Assembly (NCBI GenBank): GCA_964643795.1
Contig: CAZXUC010000003.1
Coordinates: forward strand, 13,549-77,548
DNA: 64,000 nucleotides
Direction of reading: 5' to 3'
Origin: an uncultured Halobacteriales archaeon
Lineage (GTDB): Archaea; Thermoplasmatota; E2; JACPAO01; JAHFTW01
The position numbers were made by a program, and so were the translations under genes. Below, in pieces: positions 52,116 to 60,529 of this stretch; position 1 is the stretch's first letter; each line of letters begins with the position of its first letter. The notes beneath the pieces were generated by a model, which did no database searches, was not told where the DNA came from, and saw only the letters and a list, made by a program, of their open reading frames with translations.

Positions 52116-53191
52116 AGGCGTGGCCGCTGCTCATCATGGCCGTCGTCGCGGGTTGCCTTTCACCGCCAAAGGGCGGCGACGTCGTTCCCGCTGATTCCGA
52201 TCTGGATTTCCTCGTTGGCGACGACCCGGCGTCCCGCACCACTGCCGCAGCTCCACGTTGGGCGACGGGTGAATGGTGGCAGTACCACGTGCTTCTCCAC
52301 TATACGGGCGCGGAATACGACGTCACTCGCGTCGTGGCCGGTCGCGATGGCGACAACTACACGGTCGGGATGCCGCTGGAGGATTGGGAGGCCATGGGCG
52401 ACAACGTCATCGGCTACCACTTGCCAGGCTTGGGCGATGTCCGTGTGAGTGACCTCATGTACGAAGTCCATGACCTGCCCTACAAGCTTCTTGACTTTCC
52501 CCTCCAAGCCGGCGATTCCTGGCAGGCGGGGTTCGAGTTCAGCGAGGTCATCGTCACAGTGGAATCAGCCGATGCCGCGGGCGCCGTGATGCGCGTGGAG
52601 AAGATGTACGAACAGGCCTGGGGTCCGGTCGCGGCGCCCGTGACGAACCGCGTCCTAGGCGATGTCTACACGGCACGCGCCGAATATGATGCAAGGCTGG
52701 GCGAGGTCCGTTTGCTCGACATTCCGGGCTACGCCCGCGTCGAGGTCGTTGACCACGGATACGGGTTCGAGGGGACGGTGCGCGTCCCGCGCAACCAAGG
52801 AATGCCCTTTGTCAACGGTCGGATTGCGGGCTTGCCGGATCGAAACGACCCGACGCACCCGATCACGGGCGAAGCCCACGTGGAAGACGTCTATGATCGG
52901 ATGGCGCTGACCCTCGGCGCCGGATCGCTTGCGTTCGAGGGGCAGCAATCGACGGGCTACTACAAGGAAACGGCACGCGGGCCCGATGGGGAATACGTCC
53001 TGGAGAAAGTGCCGCCAAACACGGCACTGGAATTCAAGCACTTCTCCGTCGAACGGCCCGGCGGCGCTTGGACGTTCGAACACATCGCCATCGGCCCCGG
53101 TGGCGCCCAGTCAGAGGCGTTCGCCTATGAGATTCATGACGTCACGGTCCCTGGTCTCCAGGTCACGCGACCGGCATGGCGGACGGCTTGA
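52112..53191 (+). CDS. Lipoprotein, unknown function (partner of propeller gene 2)
   Basis: GTG 52112 overlaps the upstream TGA (GTGA). VKAWPLLIMAVVAGC has a lipobox. Confidence 0.65.
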   Translation: MKAWPLLIMAVVAGCLSPPKGGDVVPADSDLDFLVGDDPASRTTAAAPRWATGEWWQYHVLLHYTGAEYDVTRVVAGRDGDNYTVGMPLEDWEAMGDNVIGYHLPGLGDVRVSDLMYEVHDLPYKLLDFPLQAGDSWQAGFEFSEVIVTVESADAAGAVMRVEKMYEQAWGPVAAPVTNRVLGDVYTARAEYDARLGEVRLLDIPGYARVEVVDHGYGFEGTVRVPRNQGMPFVNGRIAGLPDRNDPTHPITGEAHVEDVYDRMALTLGAGSLAFEGQQSTGYYKETARGPDGEYVLEKVPPNTALEFKHFSVERPGGAWTFEHIAIGPGGAQSEAFAYEIHDVTVPGLQVTRPAWRTA

Positions 53192-53283
53192 GCACCGCCA
53201 CGAGAAACGCGCCGGCCCTTCGCGCCTGACTGTGACCGCACTCAACTCGCTTCCTTCAAACGACGGTCCGCCATAATCGAAGC

Positions 53284-54207
53284 GTGGCCGACCCCGGCAA
53301 ACCCGCTTTTCCACCGGGCCTCGCCGTCGCCATCGCCGTCATCTCCGTCTCCTTTGCGGCGCCGCTCTTCCGCATCGCCGACGCGCCCGCCGTCACGGCT
53401 TCCTTCTGGCGGCTCGCGTTTGCCGTGGCACTCCTCCTTCCGTTCTCCGTCTCCGCGTGGCCGAAGTGGCGAGCTTGGCCTGCTGCTGATTGGCGCATCG
53501 TGGCACTCGCGGGCCTGGCACTCGCATTCCATTTCGCGGTCTGGGTGCAAAGCCTTCGCTACACGACGGTCGCTGCGAGCACTTGCCTCGTGACCCTGCA
53601 AGTAGTCTTTGTCGCTCTCGGCGGCCACTTCTTCATCGGCGACCGGCTGAGTCGGCGGGCTTGGGCGGGCGTCGCAGTCGCCGTCGCCGGCGCCGTGGCC
53701 ATCGCGGCCGCTGACGGCTCCATCGCGCCGGATTCGCGGCGGGCCCTGCTGGGCGACGCGTTGGCGCTCGCCGCGGGCCTCGGGTCGGCGGTCTACATGC
53801 TCATCGGGCGGAGCGTGCGCAACCGGCACGGCCTCGTCGAATACGTCGTCCCCGTATACGCGGCGGCGGCCCTCGCCTTGCTCTTCGCGTTGCCGTTCGT
53901 CGCCCAACCGATCACCGGAGGCGTGTCAGCGCGCGTCTTCATCCTCTTCGTCCTCCTCGCGGCCGTCCCGATGCTGGGTGGCCACACGATGGCGAACTGG
54001 GCACTGCGCTACATCCCCGCCCACACCATCGCGACCTGGATCCTCCTCGAACCCGTCGGGGCGGCGCTGCTGGCCTGGGCAATCCCCTCGCTCCACGAGG
54101 TGCCGTCGGCGTGGGTAGTCGTGGGCGGAGCGCTGGTCCTAATCGGCGCGGCCATGACGATCACGAAGCGCGTTGGAAGCACGGTTGCCGCTGCGCCAGC
54201 AGGTTGA
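53284..54207 (+). CDS. EamA/DMT-superfamily transporter
   Basis: About 10 TM segments in two EamA-like halves. 307 aa. Confidence 0.8.
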   Translation: MADPGKPAFPPGLAVAIAVISVSFAAPLFRIADAPAVTASFWRLAFAVALLLPFSVSAWPKWRAWPAADWRIVALAGLALAFHFAVWVQSLRYTTVAASTCLVTLQVVFVALGGHFFIGDRLSRRAWAGVAVAVAGAVAIAAADGSIAPDSRRALLGDALALAAGLGSAVYMLIGRSVRNRHGLVEYVVPVYAAAALALLFALPFVAQPITGGVSARVFILFVLLAAVPMLGGHTMANWALRYIPAHTIATWILLEPVGAALLAWAIPSLHEVPSAWVVVGGALVLIGAAMTITKRVGSTVAAAPAG

Positions 54208-54245
54208 GGTACGCGGGGCGGCGCGCCCAGCCCCTGCCGCGGCCC

Positions 54246-54493
54246 AGTCGCAGAACTCACAGAACCCGCAGAAGCGGTGCTGTGCTTTCTGCGACCGGTC
54301 GTTCCGCGGGATTCCGCGGCCTCCGCGTGACGAGGGCAGGCTCGCCGACAAACGTCGGGCCGGCCAAGCCGGACATTGCTGGTGCGCTTCGAAGGGAACG
54401 GCGCGGTTTCCGCAGATTTCGCAGATACCACAGATGACGAGTGGCAGCCACGCGGCTGTCCAGTTCTGCGAAATCTGCGGCATCTGCGGAAAA
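54246..54493. repeat. Composite of shared modules, ending in an 87-bp Q-type hairpin (54407-54493)
   Basis: TTTCCGCAGATTTCGCAGATACCACAGATG ... TTCTGCGAAATCTGCGGCATCTGCGGAAAAG. The upstream part shares ...TCTGCGACCGGTC... and, inverted, TCACGCGGAGGCCGCGGAATCCCGCGGAAC with other copies. Confidence 0.75.
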
Positions 54494-54538
54494 GTTGGGA
54501 AGGACCGCGCCGCAGCAGCGACCTTGGAGACGTCTCGA

Positions 54539-54967
54539 CTACGTTTTGCACGGAATGCTCGACAGCACGGCCGTGATGGCCTCGAGCGCCCGCATGTGGC
54601 GAAGTGCTTGCAGCATAGGTCCGGTAAGGTGAAGACGCCCAGTGAGGAGGGCCTTCCGCTCCGTCAATTCACCCCGTTGCACGGATGCGAAGACCTTGTA
54701 GTCCCCGGAGACGACGAACGTCGGCGGCGGGATGCCGTCGGCGACCGAACCGAAGTCGTGGCCCACGCGGTAATCTGCCAGTCCCTGCTTGTCGAAGGCG
54801 GCGTACATGAATCCGTAGGCGCCCTTCGGGGGGTGCAAGATGATGGTGAGGAGGCTGAGTTCGACGCCCTTCAGCGCCGCATGGACGCGCTTGTCCGTCT
54901 CGATGAGGCGCAGCGCCTGCTCCGCCCACGACTCCGACAGGTAGGAGACCTGCACCGCGTCCGCCAC
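54539..54967 (-). CDS. SCP2 (sterol-carrier-protein-2) domain protein
   Basis: 142 aa. C-terminal ...GELTERKALLTGRLHLTGPMLQALRHMRAL fits the SCP2 fold pattern. Confidence 0.75.
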   Translation of the reverse strand: MADAVQVSYLSESWAEQALRLIETDKRVHAALKGVELSLLTIILHPPKGAYGFMYAAFDKQGLADYRVGHDFGSVADGIPPPTFVVSGDYKVFASVQRGELTERKALLTGRLHLTGPMLQALRHMRALEAITAVLSSIPCKT

Positions 54968-55080
54968 AGCACAGCACGACTTGAGGGTGACGACCAGGGT
55001 AGCCGGTCGGACAAGGCCGGACCTCGGGGTGCCACGGGATGGTGGCTGTAGGTTGTCCGCTCTCTCGCACCGAATCGTTC

Positions 55081-55428
55081 ATGTCTCAGCGGCGAGTGGT
55101 CGAGTCCATGAGCGGCTCCGTTGCCACCGTAACCGACGCAGACTTTTCCACCTTCACGACACAGCCAGGCGTCGTCCTCATCGACTTCTGGGCGCCCTGG
55201 TGCGGCCCCTGCCGCCGCGTCGGCCCCGTTGTGGAGCAGCTTTCGACCGAGATGCCGGCCGTCAAGTTCGGCAAACTCAACACCGACGAGAACCAGGCCA
55301 CGGCCGCGCAGAACGGCGTCATGTCCATCCCCACCCTGATGATCTACAAGAACGGCCAGAAGGTCGACCAAGTCGTCGGCGCCGTGCCCAAGGAAATGCT
55401 GGTCGCGGCCCTCAAACGCCACGCATAG
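55081..55428 (+). CDS. trxA: Thioredoxin
   Basis: VLIDFWAPWCGPCRRVGP (WCGPC), PTLMIYKNGQKV. Confidence 0.9.
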   Translation: MSQRRVVESMSGSVATVTDADFSTFTTQPGVVLIDFWAPWCGPCRRVGPVVEQLSTEMPAVKFGKLNTDENQATAAQNGVMSIPTLMIYKNGQKVDQVVGAVPKEMLVAALKRHA

Positions 55429-55507
55429 GGCGACAACCCCGCGCGGCTCCCTGATTGGCCGGTCGGAGTTTGCGGACCGGGCCATAGCGCCTTTAAGTAA
55501 ATCCTCC

Positions 55508-56383
55508 GTGGAACGCCTCGTGGCCCTCCGCAGCGTCGTCGTGCAACCGCCGCCCAAGGCCGCGTCGCCTGCCACCCCTGCGGCCGGCCCGCGCCGCACC
55601 GTTGTCGCTCGCGCCGGCCCGCCGCCCCACGCCCGAGGGCGCTTTGCGGACATGCTGGCGGGCATCGTGGGCATCCTGCTCCTCGTTGCAACAATCGGCC
55701 TCGTGCAGGTCCTGCCTGAGGACGAGGTCATCCTGCCGCAGTTCACGCTGTTCTTCGTCCACCAGGAGGGCGGGAGCAGGAATTCCACGACGGACATCGT
55801 CTTCACGGAGGCGCCACCCAACAACGTGAAGACCTACGCATTCGAGGTGCCGGACAACGCCTTCGAACTCGTGGTGCGCATGAGTTTCACCGACGACATC
55901 GCCGCGAGCCTGCCGGATCGGTTCCGCATCGAGATCCTCGACCCGACAGGCGACGTGCGGGGCGGAGAGGCGTTGGCAACAAGCGCGCCGCCCACCACCT
56001 TGCCACCGCCAGACCAATTTACCTACGTTGCGACGCCCACCACCGTCGTCCACCGCATCTCCATCGCCGTCGTGCCGCCCGACGAGATCGTGCCCGGGAC
56101 TTCGGCCGACGAGACGCAGGGTGAGGTGCTCGATCGAATCGCGCCCGACCACGTCGTCGAAAGCGCGGGGACGTGGACCGCGCGCATCACCCTCATCGAA
56201 GCGGGCGACTGCCCGAGCGCTGACCAATCGGACCAGAACCGCGTCTTGGCTTGCCGGCTCGACGCGCAGGACGGAGAGGACCACGGCAACGCTGTCACGT
56301 TGGAGGCCTTCCTTGTGAGCTACTTCGTGCCATGCGTCCAGCTGCTCGACGCCAAAGTCCTTGCGACCTGCCTAACCACGTAG
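55508..56383 (+). CDS. N-terminally anchored surface protein, unknown function
   Basis: Basic N-terminus, TM MLAGIVGILLLVATIGLV, beta-rich ectodomain (…FRIEILDPTGDV…GTWTARITL…). Strong TATA CCTTTAAGTAAAT at about 55480-55493. Confidence 0.55.
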   Translation: MERLVALRSVVVQPPPKAASPATPAAGPRRTVVARAGPPPHARGRFADMLAGIVGILLLVATIGLVQVLPEDEVILPQFTLFFVHQEGGSRNSTTDIVFTEAPPNNVKTYAFEVPDNAFELVVRMSFTDDIAASLPDRFRIEILDPTGDVRGGEALATSAPPTTLPPPDQFTYVATPTTVVHRISIAVVPPDEIVPGTSADETQGEVLDRIAPDHVVESAGTWTARITLIEAGDCPSADQSDQNRVLACRLDAQDGEDHGNAVTLEAFLVSYFVPCVQLLDAKVLATCLTT

Positions 56384-56432
56384 GGGAATCCTCGCTGTCG
56401 CCTTGGCGGGTTCCGTTGCGGCCGGGAGTACT

Positions 56433-56473
56433 CACCGTAGATTCCGCACCGTAGATTCCACGCGGTATATTCC
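56433..56473 (+). repeat. V-type tandem 14-bp repeat (CACCGTAGATTCCG x2 plus a degenerate third copy containing TATATT)
   Basis: Read directly, upstream of the 56524 gene. Confidence 0.6.
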
Positions 56474-56523
56474 GGACCTGCAAGCTCTATATGCTGGGAC
56501 CGTCACCGCCCACCTGAGCACCC

Positions 56524-57156
56524 ATGGTCGCCACTGACACCTTGGTCGGCATCGTCGGCGCCGCCGTCCTCTTCGCGGTGATGGCGGGCGTCTTCGTGTA
56601 CGAATACAACAACACGCCCGAAGTCAACGGCGGAGGCAACGGCAACAACGGCGGCAACCTTAGCTTCGCCGAGCAGTACCCCTTCCTGGATCCCGTTCAG
56701 GACATCGACGGCGACGGCACTCCTAACGGCGTGGATGATGACGTCGACGGTGACGGGGTGTCGAACGCCAGCGACAACGAGACCGTGGTTGGTCCGAAAT
56801 CGATTGGGAGCGGCTCGCTTGGCCCCCAAGTCGGCGACGTCGTCGCGCCGTCGGTCAGCCTTCAATTCATGGTCGGCAACGGGTCCAGCCATGTGACGGC
56901 GACCATTACGGTTAGCTCCGCCGCCAGCCAAGGGCCGGTCACCGGAAACTTCCAAGTCATGCTCGTGGACCCGAGCGGGGCGACCGTGGCCACGGCCAAC
57001 TCCGCGGCGCCGTTCACGCAGACTTCCTTCACCTTGGAATCTAAGATGGACTCCGACCCGGAGCCGGGCACGTGGACCGTGCGCATCTCGCAAAATTCCG
57101 CGGGCTCCGGCGGAAACGTCGCGGGCACGGCGACGATCCACTACGGCGACCACTGA
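56524..57156 (+). CDS. N-terminally anchored surface protein with Asp-rich Ca-binding-like repeats
   Basis: TM LVGIVGAAVLFAVMAGVFV; DIDGDGTPNGVDDDVDGDGVSNASDNE (thrombospondin-type-3-like); C-terminal ...VMLVDPSGA...GTWTVRIS. Confidence 0.6.
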   Translation: MVATDTLVGIVGAAVLFAVMAGVFVYEYNNTPEVNGGGNGNNGGNLSFAEQYPFLDPVQDIDGDGTPNGVDDDVDGDGVSNASDNETVVGPKSIGSGSLGPQVGDVVAPSVSLQFMVGNGSSHVTATITVSSAASQGPVTGNFQVMLVDPSGATVATANSAAPFTQTSFTLESKMDSDPEPGTWTVRISQNSAGSGGNVAGTATIHYGDH

Positions 57157-57176
57157 GCCGACCGCGGATTCCACCG

Positions 57177-57300
57177 AACCACGAATTGCAGCGTCTCCGG
57201 AACCACGAATTGCACCGGAACCACGAATTTCACGAAACCGCGTTTCGTGCGGTTCGTGCAATTCGTGGTTAGGCCCGTGCGCGTGAGGGAATTCGTGGTT
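57177..57300. repeat. R-type array: AACCACGAATT x3 (direct) then AATTCGTGGTT x2 (inverted), with a central hairpin
   Basis: Word copies start at 57177, 57201 and 57219; inverted copies at 57260 and 57290. Fills the convergent gap before the pelota stop. Confidence 0.8.
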
Positions 57301-57316
57301 AGGCGGGCGTGAACGA

Positions 57317-58369
57317 CTACAGTTTGAACCGCAGCAACGCCGCCAGTCCACCCATCCTCTCGAGCCGCATCCCAGCTTCGTGGCTTGATGCGACAATCGT
57401 AATCGGCACCCGCAGGCTTTCTGCGTTGCGCAGCATGGTATCATGTTTGCCGGAGCGCACGATGGTGTCGCTCACGATCAGTTGATCGACGGCGCCCGCA
57501 TCGAGCGCCGCTGCGACGGCTGCGGGTCCATAGGTCGCCAGCCCATCGCCCTTTGCAACGCGGGTGAGGAATGCTTCGACGAGACGCGTCTCGACTTCCA
57601 CACGGTGGTCCCGGCTGACGCGCTGCACGAGGCCGTTGCGGACCGCTTCATGCAGCCCGGCCCTTCCGCCATGCGCAGTCCCGTCGCTTGCGAGTCCTGC
57701 GGCGGCATGCGGCGCCTTCCGCTTCGCGTACTCCACGAACTCCTCCCGCCACCAACCGGGTCCGACGATGAGGCAAGGCGTAGTCGGGTCGGGTCGGAAA
57801 ATTTGCAGCGACTTGAGGGTCTCCGCGTAGAAGTCCTGCTTCGCCTGCTCGGCGCCCGCAAAACGCTTGCCCTGGCCGCCCGACGGAAGCGAACCAAGCA
57901 TCTGTAGGCCATACGACTTGAGCAAGGCGAACTGGGCTTCGGAGTCATCGATGGCGAGGAGGACGACCTTCGGCGTCTGCGTCGCCTGCACGGCGTCCTC
58001 GATGAGTTTGAGGTGCCAGGTCGCGATGCCGTGGCGCTTCTCGATGACGACGTCGGAGCCATCGCCACGCAGGATGAGCGTGTGGTGGCGCCCGTGGTCT
58101 TGGGGTCCGGTCTCAATCGGTCCGAGGACGCGTAAGTGATCGTCGAAGTCATGCCACTCGACGGATTCGGCGCGCACGCCGAGGCGCATGCCGCGCTTCT
58201 CCATCTTCGTGTCGCGAATCTTGTCGCCCGTCGATTCCGCGGTGCGCTGCGTGTCGGCGGTGACGCGGTCTCCGCTCTGGATGAGGTTGCGCAGCGTCCA
58301 CAAGTCGTCGAGCGAGTCGAGACGGAGATGCACGACGCCTTCTCCCAACTCCTTGCGCAACAGCCTCAT
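57317..58369 (-). CDS. pelA: Pelota (Dom34 homologue), mRNA surveillance / ribosome rescue
   Basis: MRLLRKELGEGVVHLRLDSLDDLWTLRNLIQSGDRVTADT... 350 aa, with an eRF1-like domain layout. Confidence 0.9.
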   Translation of the reverse strand: MRLLRKELGEGVVHLRLDSLDDLWTLRNLIQSGDRVTADTQRTAESTGDKIRDTKMEKRGMRLGVRAESVEWHDFDDHLRVLGPIETGPQDHGRHHTLILRGDGSDVVIEKRHGIATWHLKLIEDAVQATQTPKVVLLAIDDSEAQFALLKSYGLQMLGSLPSGGQGKRFAGAEQAKQDFYAETLKSLQIFRPDPTTPCLIVGPGWWREEFVEYAKRKAPHAAAGLASDGTAHGGRAGLHEAVRNGLVQRVSRDHRVEVETRLVEAFLTRVAKGDGLATYGPAAVAAALDAGAVDQLIVSDTIVRSGKHDTMLRNAESLRVPITIVASSHEAGMRLERMGGLAALLRFKL

Positions 58370-60468
58370 GTCCCTGGCTCCGTCGACCGATTCGCGTCAT
58401 CGCCATCAGCGTCCGGCTTCTTGGCGGACAGGCCATCAATCTGGACCGGGCCCGCCGGCAGGACCCCTTGTGCCTCCTCGATGGCGACGCCGAAGCGTTC
58501 GGCCAACAACGCTGCAGCGTCATTCGGGTCCATCGTCCCCGGCATGATGCGCAGTGACTCCTTCGCGAATTTGGTCAACGCGGCCTTGCCGCCGGCGACG
58601 AGCTTGACGTGAGCCTTGACGGGCGCCGCTTCGTTGGCCGGCACTGGGATGCCGTCCGGGCGCAAGGTGATGAGGCCGACCCAACACTCCATCGGTAGGT
58701 CCTCCTCCGCGTTGCGGCGGCCATGGATGATCCAGGCGCCGCGGGGCACGAATTCCCCGGAACGCGGCGTCTTCGAGACCTGCTGAGCCGTAACCCAATA
58801 TGCGCTCGCAGAAGCACCCTGTCGCCACGCGCGGCTCGACACGGCGGCGAATTGCGCGGCCGCTCGCAAATCCTCCGGCGCGAATGCGTCTGCGCTCCCT
58901 TCGGCTGGGCGCAGGACCACGCTGGGCGCGCCGTGGGCGTCCGCGTGCACGTAGCGGTCGCCGTCGCGCAGGTATTTCTTCACGACCTGGTCATTCTGCG
59001 GCGCATTGCGTCCCCCGACGGCGATGAATCCGCTGGGCGTCAGGGTCCAGCGGTATGATTCGAACCAGAAGTGCCTGCTCTGCCGTTCGACGCGGACGGG
59101 GGCGACTCCGAAGGCGTCGAGGCCTTTCGCGTCGATGGCTGCAAGCCGGCCTTCCGCGTCGCGTCGCGCCGTGGCGGCGCCTTCGCGCCGGCTGCGCGCC
59201 TTCTTGGCGACGGCGAAGCGGGCCTCCGCATTGTCCTGGACGCTGAGCCGCAGGTCAACCTCGACCTTGCGTTGCCTCCCCGTCGTGTCCGCCAGGAGGA
59301 AAAGCGCGCTGCCTTCGTGGGGGCGCAACTCCGGCACCTGCAGGGCCACGGGGTTCCCCTCGGCGCGCCCCTTGGCGAGGACTTCCTCCACTTGCATCCA
59401 ACTGCGGCCCTTGCGGGCTTGGTTCAGTTCATCAAGCAAGCGCTGCACGTCGTGGAAGCTCGCGAAGATGGCTTCGCCGTCCCGCTTGGCCTCCGCTTCC
59501 TCCGCTATGAAGCCGGCGCTGGCGGCGTCCATCATTTTGAGTTGCTGCTCGACTTTCCCTCTCGCCTCATCGAAGCGGGCGCGGCGGGGGTCGTCGGGTT
59601 CCTCGTCGCCTTCTTCGCCGCCGGCGCCGCGGTACAAGATATCGAGTGCGTCGCGAAACGTCGGGGATTCCTCGTGGCTGAACTTAGGTGCTGGGTACCG
59701 CATCATGACGAACGGTACGGCGTCCACGGGCTTGCCGTCCTCGTGCACGACGGCGGGGGCGAGGTCGTTGCGCGTAATGTCGGTGCCGAGGGATTGGATT
59801 GTTTGGTGGACGGCCTGCCACTGGCTGCTCGTGAGGTCCGCGATGAGGGTCTTCTTGTCTATGCCGCACCGCAGGCACAACTCCTCACCCCACAAGGGGC
59901 CGAATCCGAGGTTTACTGCGAGGAAACGGACGAGGTCCTTTGACCCCTCGGAGGCAGTCTGCAGGGCCGCGACGTCCATCGCAAAGGGTAAGCTTGCCCC
60001 AGGCGGTGGCAGGTAGGGTTCGCCCTTGCGTAGGCGTCGCGCGCCGTGATCTACGCCGCGCATCGGGAGCTCGATGACGCCATTCTTATCGAGCAACAGG
60101 AGGTTTCCGTCGCCAAACAGTTCGAAGACGAGGCTGTGGATGCCGTCGCCGCGTTCGAGGTCCATGCGGATGAGGCGGTCGAAGCCGACTTGGTGGAATG
60201 CTCGCACCCGCGCGTTCTCGAGGGTGGTGCGCAGGATCTGCGCGACCATGCTGGGCTTGTCTGGGTTCGCTGGCGGGCGCTTTGTCGCGGTGATGAAACG
60301 GCCGAGCTCGAAATAGACATCCACTTTTCCCGTGCCCTTCCGCCGCACCCGCAGCAGGACGGCCTCTTTGCCCGGCTGATACGCCTTATCGAGGCGTGCT
60401 CCGACGAGGAGGGGGGCGAGTTCCGCGGCCAAGGCAGCCACGTCGACGTTCGTCATGCCCTGCTTCAT
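58366..60468 (-). CDS. NFACT-family protein (Rqc2/NEMF/FbpA homologue)
   Basis: 700 aa. N-terminal NFACT-N pattern (DVAALAAELAPLLVGARLDKAYQP...LVFELFGDGNLLL). C-terminal DUF814-like ...YVHADAHGAPSVVL. Confidence 0.88.
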   Translation of the reverse strand: MKQGMTNVDVAALAAELAPLLVGARLDKAYQPGKEAVLLRVRRKGTGKVDVYFELGRFITATKRPPANPDKPSMVAQILRTTLENARVRAFHQVGFDRLIRMDLERGDGIHSLVFELFGDGNLLLLDKNGVIELPMRGVDHGARRLRKGEPYLPPPGASLPFAMDVAALQTASEGSKDLVRFLAVNLGFGPLWGEELCLRCGIDKKTLIADLTSSQWQAVHQTIQSLGTDITRNDLAPAVVHEDGKPVDAVPFVMMRYPAPKFSHEESPTFRDALDILYRGAGGEEGDEEPDDPRRARFDEARGKVEQQLKMMDAASAGFIAEEAEAKRDGEAIFASFHDVQRLLDELNQARKGRSWMQVEEVLAKGRAEGNPVALQVPELRPHEGSALFLLADTTGRQRKVEVDLRLSVQDNAEARFAVAKKARSRREGAATARRDAEGRLAAIDAKGLDAFGVAPVRVERQSRHFWFESYRWTLTPSGFIAVGGRNAPQNDQVVKKYLRDGDRYVHADAHGAPSVVLRPAEGSADAFAPEDLRAAAQFAAVSSRAWRQGASASAYWVTAQQVSKTPRSGEFVPRGAWIIHGRRNAEEDLPMECWVGLITLRPDGIPVPANEAAPVKAHVKLVAGGKAALTKFAKESLRIMPGTMDPNDAAALLAERFGVAIEEAQGVLPAGPVQIDGLSAKKPDADGDDANRSTEPGT

Positions 60469-60498
60469 GCCGATTCTCTCGTTCTACGACGTCCCGCC

Positions 60499-60508
60499 TT
60501 TTTTAAAT
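60499..60508. promoter_or_regulatory. Shared bidirectional TATA box TTTTTTAAAT between the NFACT gene and the divergent membrane-protein gene
   Basis: Only AT-rich patch in the gap. Centre is 26 nt upstream of GTG 60530 (+) and about 36 nt from ATG 60468 (-). Confidence 0.5.
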
Positions 60509-60529
60509 GGTCCTCGCCTCGCTCGCGTC

